From Rhizophagus irregularis (lineage: Eukaryota), in contig NC_089435.1 of the NCBI RefSeq assembly GCF_026210795.1, forward strand, positions 1,364,001-1,428,000: DNA of 64,000 nt, in the 5' to 3' direction. Each line of letters starts with the position of its first letter. Position 1 is the stretch's first letter. Shown piece after piece: positions 63,899-64,000 of this stretch. The position numbers and the translations under genes are program-made. The notes beneath the pieces are model-generated. The model worked only from the letters and a program-made list of their open reading frames with translations. It was not told the origin of the DNA and ran no database searches.

Positions 63899-64000
63899 CT
63901 AAAAAAAAATATGATAAAAAACAAAATTTTAAATTTTATTTTTATATACTGTACAACATAAAAATTATGGTAAAAAACAAAATTAATTTTATTTATATAT

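Overview
Very AT-rich, intron-containing eukaryotic DNA. The gene families (Sel1-repeat TKL kinases, BTB/BACK/TLDc proteins, HRDLHSxN-type kinases) point by inference to an arbuscular mycorrhizal fungus (Glomeromycotina, Rhizophagus-like). Host genes: two long Sel1-kinase paralogs plus a truncated third, a three-copy BTB-TLDc tandem array plus a remnant, a 4-exon calflagin-like EF-hand gene, and the 3' part of a kinase with a C-terminal MLKL-like four-helix-bundle domain. A large share of the window is nested mobile DNA whose ends and target-site duplications (TSDs) are visible by eye: a 6.4-kb long-TIR element, hAT, MULE and pogo elements and MITEs, a Helitron carrying an OB-fold gene, and a Gag-only LTR element plus a related solo LTR. 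Two observations stand out. (1) A family of RT-less, protein-coding, A-tailed, TSD-flanked retroposons has a conserved structured 3'-UTR motif. (2) The Gag-only LTR element carries a degenerate tRNA-Gly-like sequence next to its PPT that matches the tRNA predicted by its own PBS. All calls are by-eye readings; no database searches were run.
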